Positions 17,076 to 18,818 of a stretch of 18,818 bases of DNA are shown in pieces. Every line of letters begins with the position of its first letter. Position 1 is the stretch's first letter. Origin of the DNA: Candidatus Calescibacterium sp. (GTDB lineage Bacteria > Calescibacteriota > Calescibacteriia > Calescibacteriales > Calescibacteriaceae); assembly GCA_032249135.1 (NCBI GenBank), contig JAVVGL010000033.1, positions 1 through 18,818 of the forward strand, given 5' to 3'. The notes beneath the pieces were generated by a model. The model made no database searches, had not been told where the DNA came from, and saw only the letters and a list, made by a program, of their open reading frames with translations. Position numbers and translations under genes: made by a program.

Positions 17076-18680
17076 ATGAAATTGAACAGAAAACTTCTCC
17101 TCTCAATTTTTATCTTCACCTCAATCTTATGCAACCGTCAGCAAGAAAAAGAAGAAAATAAAAAAATCAAAATATGGGGGACAGCTATATCCGGTTTCCA
17201 GGCTGATATGGGACCAGGAGTTCCACCAGATACCAAATCAGATTGGTGGATTTGGATGCACGATGAAGAAAATCAAATTTCAAAAAGAGTTGGAGAAGAC
17301 AAACCAGAAGATGGACCAGCATTCTGGAAAAACTATAAGGAAGACCTTGAACTTGCAAAGCAAATTGGGACAAACTATTTCAGATATAGTATAGAGTGGT
17401 CTCGTGTTTTCCCGGAATCTACAACAGATATTCCAGCTGATGTTGAATTCACAGAAGAAGGATTTCCAAAAAAAATAAAAATTTCTTCCACATCCATTTC
17501 TGAACTTGAAAAAAGAGCAAATCAAGAGAATATCAAAAAATACAGAGAAATTCTTGAATATGCAAGGAAACTCGGACTTAAAATTTTCCTGACTTTAAAT
17601 CACTTCACTTTACCTATATGGATACACGATCCCATTTCGTGCAGAGATTGGTTCAAATCAGGAAAATCCGGACCGGTGTGTTTCGGAAAGCCTGCAGGCT
17701 GGTTATCAAAAGAAACAATAATAGAGTTCGCAAAATATTCAGCCTTTTTAGCCTATAAATTCGGCGATATCGTTGATCTCTGGGGACCTATGAATGAACC
17801 AATAGTTGTTTCAACATCAGGTTATCTTGCAGGTGATGTTGGAATTCTTGCCGGAGTAGGCTCTTTTCCGCCATCTGCTCTTGACGTTCTATCTTTTGAG
17901 ATCGTGACAAAAAATTTAATTTTCGCATTTGCGCGTTCATACGACGCAATAAAAGAATACGATATCTACGATGAGGACGGAGATGGAAAAAAAAGCGTGG
18001 TATCTCTAATTTACAACATACCTTTTTTTGAGCCAGATTCTCAAAGTGAGCAAGATATTGAAGCTACCGAGAAAGCTTGGTTTGTTCAAGTCTTTTGGTT
18101 TCTTGATGCTATTTTAAAAGGAGTTTTGAGTTCTCTTGATGGTAAATCAGAAAAATTTTACGATTCTCTGAAATCAAGAGCAGATATCGTGGGAATAAAC
18201 TACTACAATAGAATCAAAATAAAATATGTTCCTATTATTCCTGAGAAAAATATTGTGTTTTTACCTAAATTCCCGGCTTGTCCAAGTTATGAGCCATCAG
18301 ATGAATGCCCTTACGGTATGAGCGAAGGTGGTTGGGAAATTTATCCACCAGGTATATATGAAGTTATAAAAGCTGTTTGGGGAAGATACAAAGATTTAGG
18401 ATTACCTATAATGATTGCTGAAAACGGTATAGCTGATGCAAAAGACTTAAAAAGACCTGAGTTTATAAAAGAGCATGTGAAATTTGTAAAGAAAGCGTTA
18501 GAGGAAGGCATACCAATTTTGGGATATTTTTATTGGTCGCTTATAGACAACCTTGAATGGAATTCAGGATATGGCAAAAAGTTTGGACTGATAGAGGTAG
18601 ATTTTTCATCTCCAGGAAGAAAAAGAACTTTAAGGAAAAGCGCGTTTATTTTCAAGGAGATAATAGAAAAAGAAAAATAA
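17076..18680 (+). CDS. Glycoside hydrolase family 1 beta-glycosidase with an N-terminal signal peptide
   Basis: 534 aa with WGTAISGFQ, FRYSIEWSRVFP, TLNHFTLP, acid/base MNEP, GINYY, nucleophile IAENG and WSLIDNLEW. The N-terminus is MKLNRKLLLSIFIFTSILC. Confidence 0.95.
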   Translation: MKLNRKLLLSIFIFTSILCNRQQEKEENKKIKIWGTAISGFQADMGPGVPPDTKSDWWIWMHDEENQISKRVGEDKPEDGPAFWKNYKEDLELAKQIGTNYFRYSIEWSRVFPESTTDIPADVEFTEEGFPKKIKISSTSISELEKRANQENIKKYREILEYARKLGLKIFLTLNHFTLPIWIHDPISCRDWFKSGKSGPVCFGKPAGWLSKETIIEFAKYSAFLAYKFGDIVDLWGPMNEPIVVSTSGYLAGDVGILAGVGSFPPSALDVLSFEIVTKNLIFAFARSYDAIKEYDIYDEDGDGKKSVVSLIYNIPFFEPDSQSEQDIEATEKAWFVQVFWFLDAILKGVLSSLDGKSEKFYDSLKSRADIVGINYYNRIKIKYVPIIPEKNIVFLPKFPACPSYEPSDECPYGMSEGGWEIYPPGIYEVIKAVWGRYKDLGLPIMIAENGIADAKDLKRPEFIKEHVKFVKKALEEGIPILGYFYWSLIDNLEWNSGYGKKFGLIEVDFSSPGRKRTLRKSAFIFKEIIEKEK

Positions 18681-18818
18681 GTAAGTAACCAAGATATTGG
18701 CTAATTTTGTACTTTGTGTGAAATTATGAATCTTGTATTGTTTATTTTTTCCCTTTACTCCTACAACTTTGATATCTAATGTTTTAGATAATTCACCATA
18801 TCCAAGTTTTATTTTTAT

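Noticed and set aside
9454-17525. Remaining short ORFs nested in the transferase, oxidoreductase, SCP2, LOG, membrane and GH1 genes
   Set aside because: They overlap longer motif-bearing CDSs on the opposite strand or in another frame, with no independent support.

Overview
AT-rich bacterial window, probably from a diderm organism (TolC-type channel present) and probably thermophilic (K/E/I-rich proteins; inference). Positions ~15450 to 1 form one minus-strand run. It starts with three paralogous phytoene-dehydrogenase-like FAD oxidoreductases flanking an SCP2 lipid-carrier gene, then a CDP-alcohol phosphatidyltransferase. Next come a small Cys/His-rich ORF ending in QPPRQL and a CusCBA-type Cu/Ag RND efflux system. 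The run ends with a large gene missing from the ORF track: a secreted HEFGH zinc metalloprotease-like protein with a poly-Gly-Cys-hydrophobic C-terminal tail, thrown out of frame by a G9 homopolymer just after its start codon. To the right are a LOG-family gene (+), a convergent membrane protein (-) that may start at ATC, and a signal-peptide-bearing archaeal-type GH1 glycosidase (+). Top leads: (1) a candidate phase-variable surface protease; (2) a candidate metal-sensing arrest-peptide leader plus anti-SD RNA switch before cusC; (3) an uncharacterised triple-flavoprotein/SCP2/phosphatidyltransferase lipid-modifying cluster. No CRISPR, tRNA/rRNA or mobile element was recognised.
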